Assembly (NCBI RefSeq): GCF_000023205.1
Contig: NC_012803.1
Coordinates: 120,001 to 152,000 of the forward strand
DNA: 32,000 bases
From: Micrococcus luteus NCTC 2665
GTDB lineage: Bacteria > Actinomycetota > Actinomycetes > Actinomycetales > Micrococcaceae
Reading direction: 5' to 3'
Under the pieces are notes generated by a model. The model made no database searches, was not told where the DNA came from, and worked only from the letters and a program-made list of their open reading frames with translations. The translations under genes and the position numbers were made by a program. Position 1 is the first letter of the stretch. Each line of letters opens with the position of its first letter. Of this stretch, positions 16,986-25,285 are shown one piece after another.

Positions 16986-17362
16986 CCGCCCGGGACCGCA
17001 TCCGCCTGGCCGGGCTGTCCGCCGTCGGGCACCACGGGGTCTTCGACCACGAGCGCCGGGACGGGCAGCCGTTCGTCACGGACGTCGTCCTCCACCTCGA
17101 CGCCGGCCCCGCCGCGGCCGGCGACGACCTCGCCCGCACCGCCAACTACGCCGAGGTCGCGGACACGGTGGTCCGCCTGGTCACCGGGGAGCCGGTGGAC
17201 CTGATCGAGACCCTCGCCGACCGGATCGCCCGCGCCGTCCTCGCCGAGCAGCCCGTGGTGGCCGCCGTCGAGGTCACCGTGCACAAGCCGCAGGCGCCCA
17301 TCCCGCACGACTTCGCGGATGCCGCCGTCACCGTGCACCGCACCCGGGGGGATCTCGCGTGA
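16982..17362 (+). CDS. folB: dihydroneopterin aldolase
   Basis: 126 aa with GHHGVFDHERRDGQPFVTDVVL. The GTG start overlaps the folP stop (GTGA). Confidence 0.9.
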   Translation: MTARDRIRLAGLSAVGHHGVFDHERRDGQPFVTDVVLHLDAGPAAAGDDLARTANYAEVADTVVRLVTGEPVDLIETLADRIARAVLAEQPVVAAVEVTVHKPQAPIPHDFADAAVTVHRTRGDLA

Positions 17363-18003
17363 GCACCGTCGACTGGTCACACCCGGCCGAGGGCCCCGTG
17401 CCCGTCCCGGAGCTGGGCGCCCGCCCGGACGCGCCCGTCCCGGCCGTGCTGGCCCTCGGCGCCAACCTGCGCGAGCCCGCGCAGACGCTCGACGCCGCCG
17501 TCGCCGCCCTGTCCGCGCTGCCGCACATCACGGACGTCCGGGCCTCGCCCCGGGCCGTCACCGCGCCCGTGGGCGGGCCGCCGGGCCAGCCCGACTACCT
17601 CAACCAGGTGGTCACCCTGCGCACGGACCTCGCGCCGTGGGAGCTGCTCGCGGTGGCGCACCGGCTCGAGCAGGACCACCATCGGCGGCGCGAGGTCCGC
17701 TGGGGCGCGCGCACCCTGGACGTGGACGTGATCGCCTACGGGGACGTGCGCAGCGACCACCCGGACCTCACCCTGCCGCACCCCCGCGCGGCCGAGCGGG
17801 CCTTCGTGCTGCTGCCGTGGCTGTGGCTCGACGCGGACGCCACGCTCGCCGGCACGCCCGTCGCCGACCTCGCCGCCGTCGCCGCGGACGCCCCCGGGGT
17901 GCGCCGCCAGGAGCCCGAGCGGCACCGGCTGCTGGCCGGCACCGACGACGTCGTCCCGCTCCGCCCGGCACGCCCGGACGCACTCGGGAGGGAGGCCACG
18001 TGA
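17359..18003 (+). CDS. folK: 2-amino-4-hydroxy-6-hydroxymethyldihydropteridine diphosphokinase
   Basis: Contains RWGARTLDVDVIAYGD and LTLPHPRAAERAFVLLPW. GTG 17359 overlaps the folB stop (GTGA). Confidence 0.9.
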   Translation: MSTVDWSHPAEGPVPVPELGARPDAPVPAVLALGANLREPAQTLDAAVAALSALPHITDVRASPRAVTAPVGGPPGQPDYLNQVVTLRTDLAPWELLAVAHRLEQDHHRRREVRWGARTLDVDVIAYGDVRSDHPDLTLPHPRAAERAFVLLPWLWLDADATLAGTPVADLAAVAADAPGVRRQEPERHRLLAGTDDVVPLRPARPDALGREAT

Positions 18004-18533
18004 TCGCGCTGCGCTCCGGGTGGACCCTGCTCGTGGTGCTGGCGGCCGCCGTGCTCGGCTGGCTGGCCGGGCTCGCCGCGCCGTCCCTGGGCTGGCCTGC
18101 CCCCGTGGTGGGCCGCAGCGGCCTGATCACCGTGGCCGCGGTCTCCGTGCTGTGCCTCGCGCTGGGCTGGCGGGTGCGCCGCGACCGGGAGAAGCCCGCC
18201 GCCGCGCGGATGGACCCGCTCGCCGCGGCCCGCACCCTCGTGCTCGGCCAGGCCTCCGGCTTCGCGGGCGCGGCCCTCGGCGGCTGGCACGCCGGTGTGG
18301 CGGTGCAGGTGCTGCTGCGAGCCGGCGTCGGGGCGCCGACCGTGCGGGAGGCCGCCCTGCAGGCCGCCGGCGGTCTCGTCCTGCTGGTGGTGGGGCTGAT
18401 CGTCGAACGGTGGTGCCGGATCCCTCCTGAGGAGGATGCGCCCGAGGGCGGTCGTGGGCAGGATGGGTCCCCGGACCGGGGCCGACCGGCCCGTCCCGAG
18501 ACCGAAGGAGGGTATGCCCGTGCCCGGCATTGA
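18000..18533 (+). CDS. DUF3180-like small membrane protein
   Basis: Four predicted hydrophobic helices (LLVVLAAAVLGWLAGLA, ITVAAVSVLCLALGW, LVLGQASGFAGAALGGW, GGLVLLVVGLIV). GTG 18000 overlaps the folK stop. This is the conserved position after folK in actinobacteria. Confidence 0.7.
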   Translation: MIALRSGWTLLVVLAAAVLGWLAGLAAPSLGWPAPVVGRSGLITVAAVSVLCLALGWRVRRDREKPAAARMDPLAAARTLVLGQASGFAGAALGGWHAGVAVQVLLRAGVGAPTVREAALQAAGGLVLLVVGLIVERWCRIPPEEDAPEGGRGQDGSPDRGRPARPETEGGYARARH

Positions 18534-19026
18534 CCTGAGCGGCGTGGCCTTCACGCCGGCCTCGCCGCGGCTGACCACGGTGAAGCTCATCGCCACGTCC
18601 ATCGGCCACCTGATCTGGCTTGCCGGGTTCTCCGTGCCGCTGATCCTCAAGCTCACCGGCCCGTGGGCGGGGATGGCCGCGTGGGCCGCGTGGGGGCTGC
18701 CGGCCGTCGTCGTCGTGTCCTGGATCGTGGACCTGATCCTGATCCCGCGGCGCGTGCGCGCGATGGGCTGGGCCGAGCGCGAGGACGACGTCCTGTGGCG
18801 CGAGGGCATCCTGTTCCGCAGCGTATACGCGGTGCCGTACGGCCGCCTGCAGTACGTGGACGTCTCGGACGGCCCGCTGCTGCGCCGGGCCGGGCTGCAG
18901 ACCCTCACCCTGAAGACCGCCGCCGCGGGCGGGGACGTCACCCTGGAGGGCGTGCCCCGCGAGAGGGCCGAGGAGCTTCGCGAGGTCCTCATGGCGCGCG
19001 GCCAGGCGCGGCTGGCGGGCCTGTGA
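18514..19026 (+). CDS. bacterial PH-domain (bPH_2/YdbS-like) membrane protein
   Basis: Has a two-TM hairpin followed by REGILFRSVYAVPYGRLQYVDVSDGPLLRRAGLQTL, the bPH_2 signature. ATG 18514 is preceded by GAAGGAGGG and overlaps the upstream gene by 20 nt. Confidence 0.75.
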   Translation: MPVPGIDLSGVAFTPASPRLTTVKLIATSIGHLIWLAGFSVPLILKLTGPWAGMAAWAAWGLPAVVVVSWIVDLILIPRRVRAMGWAEREDDVLWREGILFRSVYAVPYGRLQYVDVSDGPLLRRAGLQTLTLKTAAAGGDVTLEGVPRERAEELREVLMARGQARLAGL

Positions 19027-20708
19027 GCGCCGCCGCCCCGCCCCCCGCCGACGACGCCGGCTGGGTCCGCGTCCACCCCGCCTCGCCCTGGGTGCGCGGC
19101 TGGACCTTCCTGCTGCTGATCCTGTTCTTCGTGGGCCGCAACGCGGTGGAGGACTTCGCGGCGGGCCGGTTCAGCGGGGAGGACGTCCCGGGCGGCGGAG
19201 ACGGCAGCCTGCTCGTGGCCGGCGGCATCCTGCTGGGGGCCACCCTGCTGATCAGCCTCGTGTTCTTCTTCTCCTGGTGGTTCACCCGGTTCCGCTGCGG
19301 GGAGGACCGGATCGAGCTGCGCCAGGGCTGGCTCTTCCGCAGCCGGCGGCAGATGCGCTACGACCGCATCCAGGCGGTGGACCTGCAGCACCCCCTCGTG
19401 GCCCGGCTGCTCGGGCTGGCCACGGTGAAGGTCGAGGCGGCCGACGGCGGCGAGTCCGCGCTCGAGCTGTCCTTCCTGCGCCGCGCCGAGGCCGAAGCGG
19501 TGCGCCGGGAGATCCTGGACCGCGCGTCGGGGGTGCTCGGGGGAGCCGGGGCGGACGCGTCCGCCCCGGAGCGCGCGGCCGAGCCCGGCCTCCCCGACGC
19601 CGATCCCGACGCCGTGGACGCCGGCGAACTCATGCTGCAGGTGCCCGCGGGGCGGCTCCTCGGCTCCGTCCTGCTCTCCGGAGGCGTGCTGGGGGTGCTG
19701 GCCGGGTCCCTGATCTGGCTGGGCGGTCTCGCCCTCGTGGTCGCGCTGCTGCCCGAGGCGGTGCTGGACGAGGGGGAGACCCTGACCGGGATCGGCGCGG
19801 CCGCGTCCCTGCCCGCCCTGTTCTCCGTGGCCGGCGTCGCGTGGTCCCGGCTGAACGCCGGCTGGGGCTTCCAGGTGCGCCGCTCACCGGACGGGCTGCG
19901 GCTGCGGCACGGGCTCACCGAGACCACCCACCAGACCGTTCCCCCGGGGCGGGTGCAGGGGGTGACCGTCTCCCAGCCCGTGTTCTGGCGTCCCTTCGGC
20001 TGGTATCGGGTGAACATGGCGGTGGCCGGCTACGGGCAGGAGTCCGACGGCGCCCGGGACGTGGCGCTGCCCGTCGGCCCGTGGGAGGACGTGCTCCGCG
20101 TCCTCACGGTCGTGGCCCCGGAACCGGGCCTGGACGGTGATCCGCGCGCCGCGCAGGGGCTGACCCCCGCCGGGCTCATGCACCTGGGCGTGCACGGCTC
20201 CGGCACGGAGGGGGGCTTCCAGCACGTGCCGCGGCGCGGCAGGTGGTGGTTCAACTGGTTCGCCTGGCGGCGGATCGGCTTCACGACGACGCGGTCCCTG
20301 CTGGTGGTGCGCAGCGGCTGGTTGAACCGCCGGCTGCAGACCCTCCAGCACGAGCGCGTGCAGGCGGCCGAGCTGGCCCAGGGCCCGGTGCAGCGACGCC
20401 TGGGTCTGGCCACGGTGCGCGTGTGGGTCGCGGGGGCGAAGGCCGTGGTCCGCGACCTCGACGAGGACGTGGCCGTGGACCTGTACGCCCGGGAGGCCCG
20501 GCACGCGGCCGTCTCGCGTCGCCTCGCCGACCGCGACCAGTGGATGCGCCCTGAGGAGCTGGCCCGCTTCGAGCAGCGCACGCGCGAGGTCGCGGCCACC
20601 GAGGTGGGCCGCCGCGAACTGGCGCGGGCCGGCGTCGCCGGCGGTGCCGGCGTCGGGGAGGAGAGCGGGGCAGACGTCCCCGCCGTGCGCAGCGAGGAGG
20701 AGCGATGA
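19023..20708 (+). CDS. YdbT-like membrane protein with three bPH_2 repeats
   Basis: Three repeats of the ...R..Y.RIQ.V....P...RLLGLATV... type: RQMRYDRIQAVDLQHPLVARLLGLATVKV, HQTVPPGRVQGVTVSQPVFWRPFGWYRV and LQTLQHERVQAAELAQGPVQRRLGLATVRV. GTG 19023 overlaps the upstream stop. Confidence 0.75.
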   Translation: MSAAAPPPADDAGWVRVHPASPWVRGWTFLLLILFFVGRNAVEDFAAGRFSGEDVPGGGDGSLLVAGGILLGATLLISLVFFFSWWFTRFRCGEDRIELRQGWLFRSRRQMRYDRIQAVDLQHPLVARLLGLATVKVEAADGGESALELSFLRRAEAEAVRREILDRASGVLGGAGADASAPERAAEPGLPDADPDAVDAGELMLQVPAGRLLGSVLLSGGVLGVLAGSLIWLGGLALVVALLPEAVLDEGETLTGIGAAASLPALFSVAGVAWSRLNAGWGFQVRRSPDGLRLRHGLTETTHQTVPPGRVQGVTVSQPVFWRPFGWYRVNMAVAGYGQESDGARDVALPVGPWEDVLRVLTVVAPEPGLDGDPRAAQGLTPAGLMHLGVHGSGTEGGFQHVPRRGRWWFNWFAWRRIGFTTTRSLLVVRSGWLNRRLQTLQHERVQAAELAQGPVQRRLGLATVRVWVAGAKAVVRDLDEDVAVDLYAREARHAAVSRRLADRDQWMRPEELARFEQRTREVAATEVGRRELARAGVAGGAGVGEESGADVPAVRSEEER

Positions 20709-21655
20709 CCGGCGGACTCGACCTGAGCCTGGACCCGCACGACCCGGCGCAGCGGCCCGGGCGGCTGGGCGTCGGCGTGGTGAGCGCGGGCCGTGTGGGG
20801 GCCGTGCTGGGCTCGGCGCTGCGGGCTGCGGGCCACACGATCACGGGCGTGCACGCCGTCTCGGAGGCCTCGCGGGACCGCGCGGAGATGCTCCTGCCGG
20901 GCGTGCCCGTCCTGGAGATCCCCGAGATCCTGCGCCGCTCGGAGATGGTCGTCTTCGCCGTCCCGGACGACGCGCTGGGCGCGCTCGTGACCGGCCTGGC
21001 CGCCGCGGGCCACGTGCAGACCGGCCACCTGCTCGTGCACACCTCGGGCCGCTACGGGGTGGGGGTGATGGAGCCGGTGCGCGCGCACGGGGCGATCCCC
21101 CTGGCGATCCATCCGGCCATGACGTTCACGGGGCTGAGCCTCGACGTCGCCCGGCTGCAGGACTGCGTGTTCGGCGTGACCGCGGACCCCGTGGTGCTGC
21201 CCGTGGCCCAGGCGCTCGTGGTGGAGATGGGCGGCGAGCCCGTGGTCGTGAAGGAAGCCGACCGGGCGGCCTACCACCTGGCGCTGTCCCACGGGTCGAA
21301 CCACCTGGTGACGCTGACGGCGCAGGCCCGTCAGATCCTGGAGACGATCGGGGTGGCCGACCCGGAGCGGGTGCTGCGCTCGCTCATGACCGCCGCGCTG
21401 GAGAACGCGCTCACGGACGGCGACGGCGCCCTCACCGGCCCCGTGGCCCGCGGTGACGTCGACACGCTGCGGACCCACCGTGAGACCCTCGGCGAGCTCG
21501 AGGCCGGGGGACTGCCGGCGGACGTGCGGGCCGTGTGGGAGACCCTCGCCCGCGCGACGACCGACCGCGCCGAGACCCGCGGCACCCTGCGCGCGGACAC
21601 GGCGGCGCGGCTGCGCGAGGTCCTCGACGGCTCCGACGACCCCCACGACGACTGA
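20705..21655 (+). CDS. Rossmann-fold plus DUF2520 domain protein (putative NAD(P)-dependent oxidoreductase)
   Basis: Has the N-terminal dinucleotide-binding pattern LGVGVVSAGRVGAVLGSALRAAGH. The size and position after the PH-domain pair match the DUF2520 family. ATG 20705 overlaps the upstream stop (ATGA). Confidence 0.75.
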   Translation: MTGGLDLSLDPHDPAQRPGRLGVGVVSAGRVGAVLGSALRAAGHTITGVHAVSEASRDRAEMLLPGVPVLEIPEILRRSEMVVFAVPDDALGALVTGLAAAGHVQTGHLLVHTSGRYGVGVMEPVRAHGAIPLAIHPAMTFTGLSLDVARLQDCVFGVTADPVVLPVAQALVVEMGGEPVVVKEADRAAYHLALSHGSNHLVTLTAQARQILETIGVADPERVLRSLMTAALENALTDGDGALTGPVARGDVDTLRTHRETLGELEAGGLPADVRAVWETLARATTDRAETRGTLRADTAARLREVLDGSDDPHDD

Positions 21656-21679
21656 CCGATCCCCCTCCGCCCCCGCCCC

Positions 21680-21733
21680 CCGCTTTCGTTCGGGAAACGG
21701 CGGGTCCCGGGCCGCTTTCGTTGACGAAACGGG
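21680..21733 (+). repeat. two forward copies of the 18-nt REP-like core (standard, then TTGAC variant)
   Basis: CTTTCGTTCGGGAAACGG at 21683-21700 and CTTTCGTTGACGAAACGG at 21715-21732, with 32-nt spacing as in the 2269-2465 element. Confidence 0.85.
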
Positions 21734-21789
21734 CGCTTCCGGCGGCGTTCACGTCACTGGGACGGGACCCCGGGACCGCGCCCCGGCCG

Positions 21790-22266
21790 TCAGAGGCGCC
21801 CGTCGCGGATCGCGGCGACGACGCCGTCTGCTGCGTCCTCGATCTGCCGGTACATCTCCTCGAACTGCGGCCGCGGACACCCGTACGGATCGGGGACCTC
21901 GCGCACCCCGGCGCTGTCCGCATCCGACGCGAACTCGCCCATCAGGTGGATCCGGTCCCGCTGCTCGTCCGTGGTCGCGAGCCGCCGCGCGTCGGCGAGG
22001 TTGGCCTCGTCCATCACAAGGATCAGGTCGGCGTCGTCCACGAGGTCGGTGGACAGCTGCACCCCCACCGTCGGGAACTGGTAGCCCAGTTCGCCGCCGA
22101 CCTCGCGGGTGAGGTGATGCGGCCGGGCGCCCACGTGCTCGCCGGACGTGCCGGCGGAGGTGACCTCGACGTCGTCGAGACCAGCCTCCGCGAGCTTGCG
22201 GTTCAGCACGGCCTCGGCGGCGGGCGAGCGGCAGATGTTCCCCAGGCAGACGGTCATGATGCGCAT
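21790..22266 (-). CDS. low-molecular-weight protein-tyrosine phosphatase / ArsC-type LMW-PTP fold
   Basis: Has the P-loop VCLGNICRSPAAE (CX5R-S) at the N-terminus and the DPY loop (VPDPYG) near the C-terminus. 158 aa. Confidence 0.9.
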   Translation of the reverse strand: MRIMTVCLGNICRSPAAEAVLNRKLAEAGLDDVEVTSAGTSGEHVGARPHHLTREVGGELGYQFPTVGVQLSTDLVDDADLILVMDEANLADARRLATTDEQRDRIHLMGEFASDADSAGVREVPDPYGCPRPQFEEMYRQIEDAADGVVAAIRDGRL

Positions 22267-22414
22267 GGGGCCAGTGTCTCAAGTCCGGGCGGGGGCGGCG
22301 GACGACGACGGCCCGCACGCTCGCCTCGTCGCTGGCGGCACCACATCGGGTGCGTCCACGAGTGCTCCCGCTGGAGGATCGGAGGCCTCCGGCGGTCCGT
22401 CCCCCGGTTCCTCG

Positions 22415-22465
22415 CCGTTTCCCGAACGAAAGCGCTGTGACACGCCGCGGTTTCCCGAACGAAAG
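22415..22465 (-). repeat. two inverted copies of the 18-nt REP-like core
   Basis: CCGTTTCCCGAACGAAAG at 22415-22432 and CGGTTTCCCGAACGAAAG at 22448-22465, with 33-nt spacing. Confidence 0.85.
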
Positions 22466-22527
22466 CGCGGCCGGCGCCGCCTGCTTCGGCAATGACGGCG
22501 CCCGACGCGCCTGGCAGGATGGAGGCC

Positions 22528-22977
22528 ATGACCGACCAGCCCGAGATGAGCCCCCTGACCGAGCCCGAGCGGGAGTGGGTGCGCGTCCGTCGCGACTTCG
22601 CCGCGCAGGAGGGCGTGGACCACCTGGACCTGGACGCGGTCGCCGCCTACTACGACGCCGTGCTGGCCCGTTCGCAGGCCGAGGCCGAGGAGCTGGACCC
22701 CGAGGAGCTGGCGGTGCTGCTGGACGTCGTCGCGGTGCTGCTCGGCGAGCACCTGGGCGCGCGCCACGGGATGCAGTGGGTGACGGTCGCGGATGAGGAG
22801 GGGCCCGCCCTCGCGCTGCGGGACACCCTCTCGGACGCCGTCGTCTTCCCGCAGCCGGTGGTCGGCCAGAGCTGGAACCATCAGGCCACGGGGGAGTGGA
22901 TGGGCGAGTACGTCGACTGGCTCGGCGAGCAGCTCCAGCAGATCCGGGCCGACGCCGGCACCCTGCCCGGCGCCTGA
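22528..22977 (+). CDS. hypothetical acidic cytoplasmic protein
   Basis: Very high GC3 in this frame, with GGAGG 5 nt upstream of ATG 22528. The track ORF starts at 22492. I recognised no motif. The antisense ORF 22279-23019 has artefact-like composition. Confidence 0.6.
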   Translation: MTDQPEMSPLTEPEREWVRVRRDFAAQEGVDHLDLDAVAAYYDAVLARSQAEAEELDPEELAVLLDVVAVLLGEHLGARHGMQWVTVADEEGPALALRDTLSDAVVFPQPVVGQSWNHQATGEWMGEYVDWLGEQLQQIRADAGTLPGA

Positions 22978-23072
22978 GGCGCGGCGGGCACCGGGGCGGC
23001 CCGCCCTCGAGGCCACCACCCCGCCGCCCTTCGTCTTGCCCGGATCACGTGCGGGCCGATAGAAACGAACGC

Positions 23073-25238
23073 ATGACCTCCACCCCGGACAGCCCGGACA
23101 ACACCCCCGCCACCCCCTTCCACGACCTCGACGCCTTCACCGCCCTGCCGCGCGTCGCCGGTCTCACCCTCAGCCCGGACGGCGCCCGCCTGGTGACCAC
23201 CGTCGCCACCCGGGACGCGAAGGGCACCGGCTACGCCACCGCCCTCTGGGAGGTCGACCCCGCGGGCGAGCGCCCCGCCCACCGCCTGACCCGCTCCCGC
23301 GAGGGCGAGGCCGGCGCGCAGTTCGCCGCGGACGGCACCCTCTTCTTCACCTCCGCCCGTCCCGACCCCGCCGACGCCGAGGCCGAGAAGCGCAGCGCCC
23401 TGTGGGCCCTGCCGGCCCGGGGCGGCGAGGCGCGCGTGGTGCTCTCCCGCCCGGGCGGTGTCGCCGCGGTCACGTGCGCCTCCGCGGCGGACCGCGTGGT
23501 CGTCACGGCGGACCGGCTGCTCGGTGCGACCACCGAGGCCGAGCACGCGGCCCTCGCGCAGACCCGCAAGGACGCCGGCGTGGACGCCATCCTGCACACC
23601 GGCTACCCCATCCGCTTCTGGGACCACGACCTCGGCCCCGCCCGCCCCGAGCTCTTCGTCCTCGAGGCCGGCCCGGACCCGCAGGGCGAGCCCGCCACGG
23701 ACGCCGACGCCGCCGAGCCCGGCCCCGCCGCCTCCGGCCTGGCTCCCGAGGCCGACGACGTGGCGCACCACCTGCGCCACGTCTCCGGATTCCCTCGCTC
23801 CCACGCGTTCGGGATCGGCGCGCAGGTGGCCCCGGACGGCTCGTTCCTGATCACCACGGCCACCACCGCCGAGGCCCGCGGCAACGTGCGCGAGGGCACG
23901 GTGGTGCGCGTGGACCTGGCCACGGGCGAGCACCGCGTCCTGCACGACGTCCCCGGTGAGGACGTGGCCGTCGGCCCCGTCAGCCACGACGGCACGCGCG
24001 CCGTCGTCGTCCGCACCCCCGACTCCACCCCGCACTCCGCCGTGCACCCGCGCCTGTACGTGATGGACACGGCCACGGGCCAGACCACGCCCCTGGCCCA
24101 CGGCTGGGACCGGTGGGCCGACGTCGTCGCGTGGCTGCCGGACGACTCCGCGGTGATCGCGCTCGCGGACTCCGAGGGCCGCCGCCCGGTGTTCCGCATC
24201 GAGGTGGCCACCGGCGCCGTCGCGCAGGTGACCCGGGAGGACGAGGCGTGGACCGACGTCGTGCTCTCCCCGGACGGGGCCACGGCCTACGGCGTCCGCT
24301 CCTCCTACCTGTTCCCGCCGGAGGTGGCGCGGATCGACCTGGCCACGGGCGAGGTCACCCGCCTGCCGAACCCCGTGGAGCGCCCCGCGATCCCGGGCAC
24401 CCTCGAGGACGTGGAGACCGTCGCCGAGGACGGCACGCGCGTGCGCGGCTGGCTCGTGCTCCCCGAGGGGGAGGCGCCGGCCGGCGGCCACCCGCTGCTG
24501 CTGTGGATCCACGGCGGGCCGCTGGGGTCGTGGAACGCGTGGAGCTGGCGCTGGACCCCGTGGATCATGGCGGCGCGCGGCTACGCGGTGCTGCTGCCGG
24601 ACCCGGCGCTGTCCACGGGCTACGGCCAGGACTTCATCGAACGCGGCTGGGGCCGCTGGGGCCAGGCGCCCTACACGGACCTGATGGCGCTCACGGACGC
24701 CGTCGTGGCGCGTGAGGACGTCGACGGCGACCGCACCGCCGCCATGGGCGGCTCGTTCGGCGGCTACATGGCGAACTGGGTGGCCGGGCACACCGATCGG
24801 TTCCGGTGCGTGGTCACGCACGCCTCGCTGTGGGCGCTGGACGGCTTCGGCCCGACGACGGACGCCGCGTTCTACTGGGCCCGCGAGATGGACGAGCAGA
24901 TGCAGCAGGAGAACTCTCCGCACCGGTTCGTGGGGGAGATCGTCTCCCCGATGCTCGTCATCCACGGCGACAAGGACTACCGCGTGCCGATCGGCGAGGG
25001 GCTGCGCCTGTGGTCGGACCTGCTGGCGAAGTCCGGGCGGCCGGCCGCCGCGGACGGCACTACCGACCACCGGTTCCTCTACTTCCCGCACGAGAACCAC
25101 TGGATCTTCGCCCCGCAGCACGCGAAGGTCTGGTACGAGGTCGTCCTCGGCTTCCTGGGCGAGCACGTCCTCGACGCCGGCGCCCCGGTGGCCCCGGAGA
25201 CGCTGGGGCTGACGCGGCCGTCGTCGACGGCGGGCTGA
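23073..25238 (+). CDS. S9 family serine peptidase (prolyl oligopeptidase / acylaminoacyl-peptidase type) with an N-terminal beta-propeller
   Basis: The catalytic region has GGSFGGYMANW (GxSxGG), IHGDKDYRVP (Asp) and PHENHW (His). The N-terminal repeats LSPDG.../VSHDG.../LSPDG are typical of the propeller. ATG 23073 was chosen. Confidence 0.9.
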   Translation: MTSTPDSPDNTPATPFHDLDAFTALPRVAGLTLSPDGARLVTTVATRDAKGTGYATALWEVDPAGERPAHRLTRSREGEAGAQFAADGTLFFTSARPDPADAEAEKRSALWALPARGGEARVVLSRPGGVAAVTCASAADRVVVTADRLLGATTEAEHAALAQTRKDAGVDAILHTGYPIRFWDHDLGPARPELFVLEAGPDPQGEPATDADAAEPGPAASGLAPEADDVAHHLRHVSGFPRSHAFGIGAQVAPDGSFLITTATTAEARGNVREGTVVRVDLATGEHRVLHDVPGEDVAVGPVSHDGTRAVVVRTPDSTPHSAVHPRLYVMDTATGQTTPLAHGWDRWADVVAWLPDDSAVIALADSEGRRPVFRIEVATGAVAQVTREDEAWTDVVLSPDGATAYGVRSSYLFPPEVARIDLATGEVTRLPNPVERPAIPGTLEDVETVAEDGTRVRGWLVLPEGEAPAGGHPLLLWIHGGPLGSWNAWSWRWTPWIMAARGYAVLLPDPALSTGYGQDFIERGWGRWGQAPYTDLMALTDAVVAREDVDGDRTAAMGGSFGGYMANWVAGHTDRFRCVVTHASLWALDGFGPTTDAAFYWAREMDEQMQQENSPHRFVGEIVSPMLVIHGDKDYRVPIGEGLRLWSDLLAKSGRPAAADGTTDHRFLYFPHENHWIFAPQHAKVWYEVVLGFLGEHVLDAGAPVAPETLGLTRPSSTAG

Positions 25239-25247
25239 GCCGCCGGG

Positions 25248-25278
25248 CCCGGCGCCGCGTGTGACCGGCGCGGCGCTG
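25248..25278. terminator. GC hairpin between the convergent peptidase and LysR genes
   Basis: GCGCCGCG (25251-25258) pairs with CGCGGCGC (25268-25275) across a 9-nt loop. The stem is extendable by 2-3 pairs. Confidence 0.4.
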
Positions 25279-25285
25279 GAGCACG

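Noticed and set aside
21656-21789. Absence of panC and panD after DUF2520 as evidence of a deletion
   Set aside because: Gene order downstream of DUF2520 varies among actinobacterial orders. Without relatives to compare it is only context for the repeat-bracketed module, not an independent anomaly.
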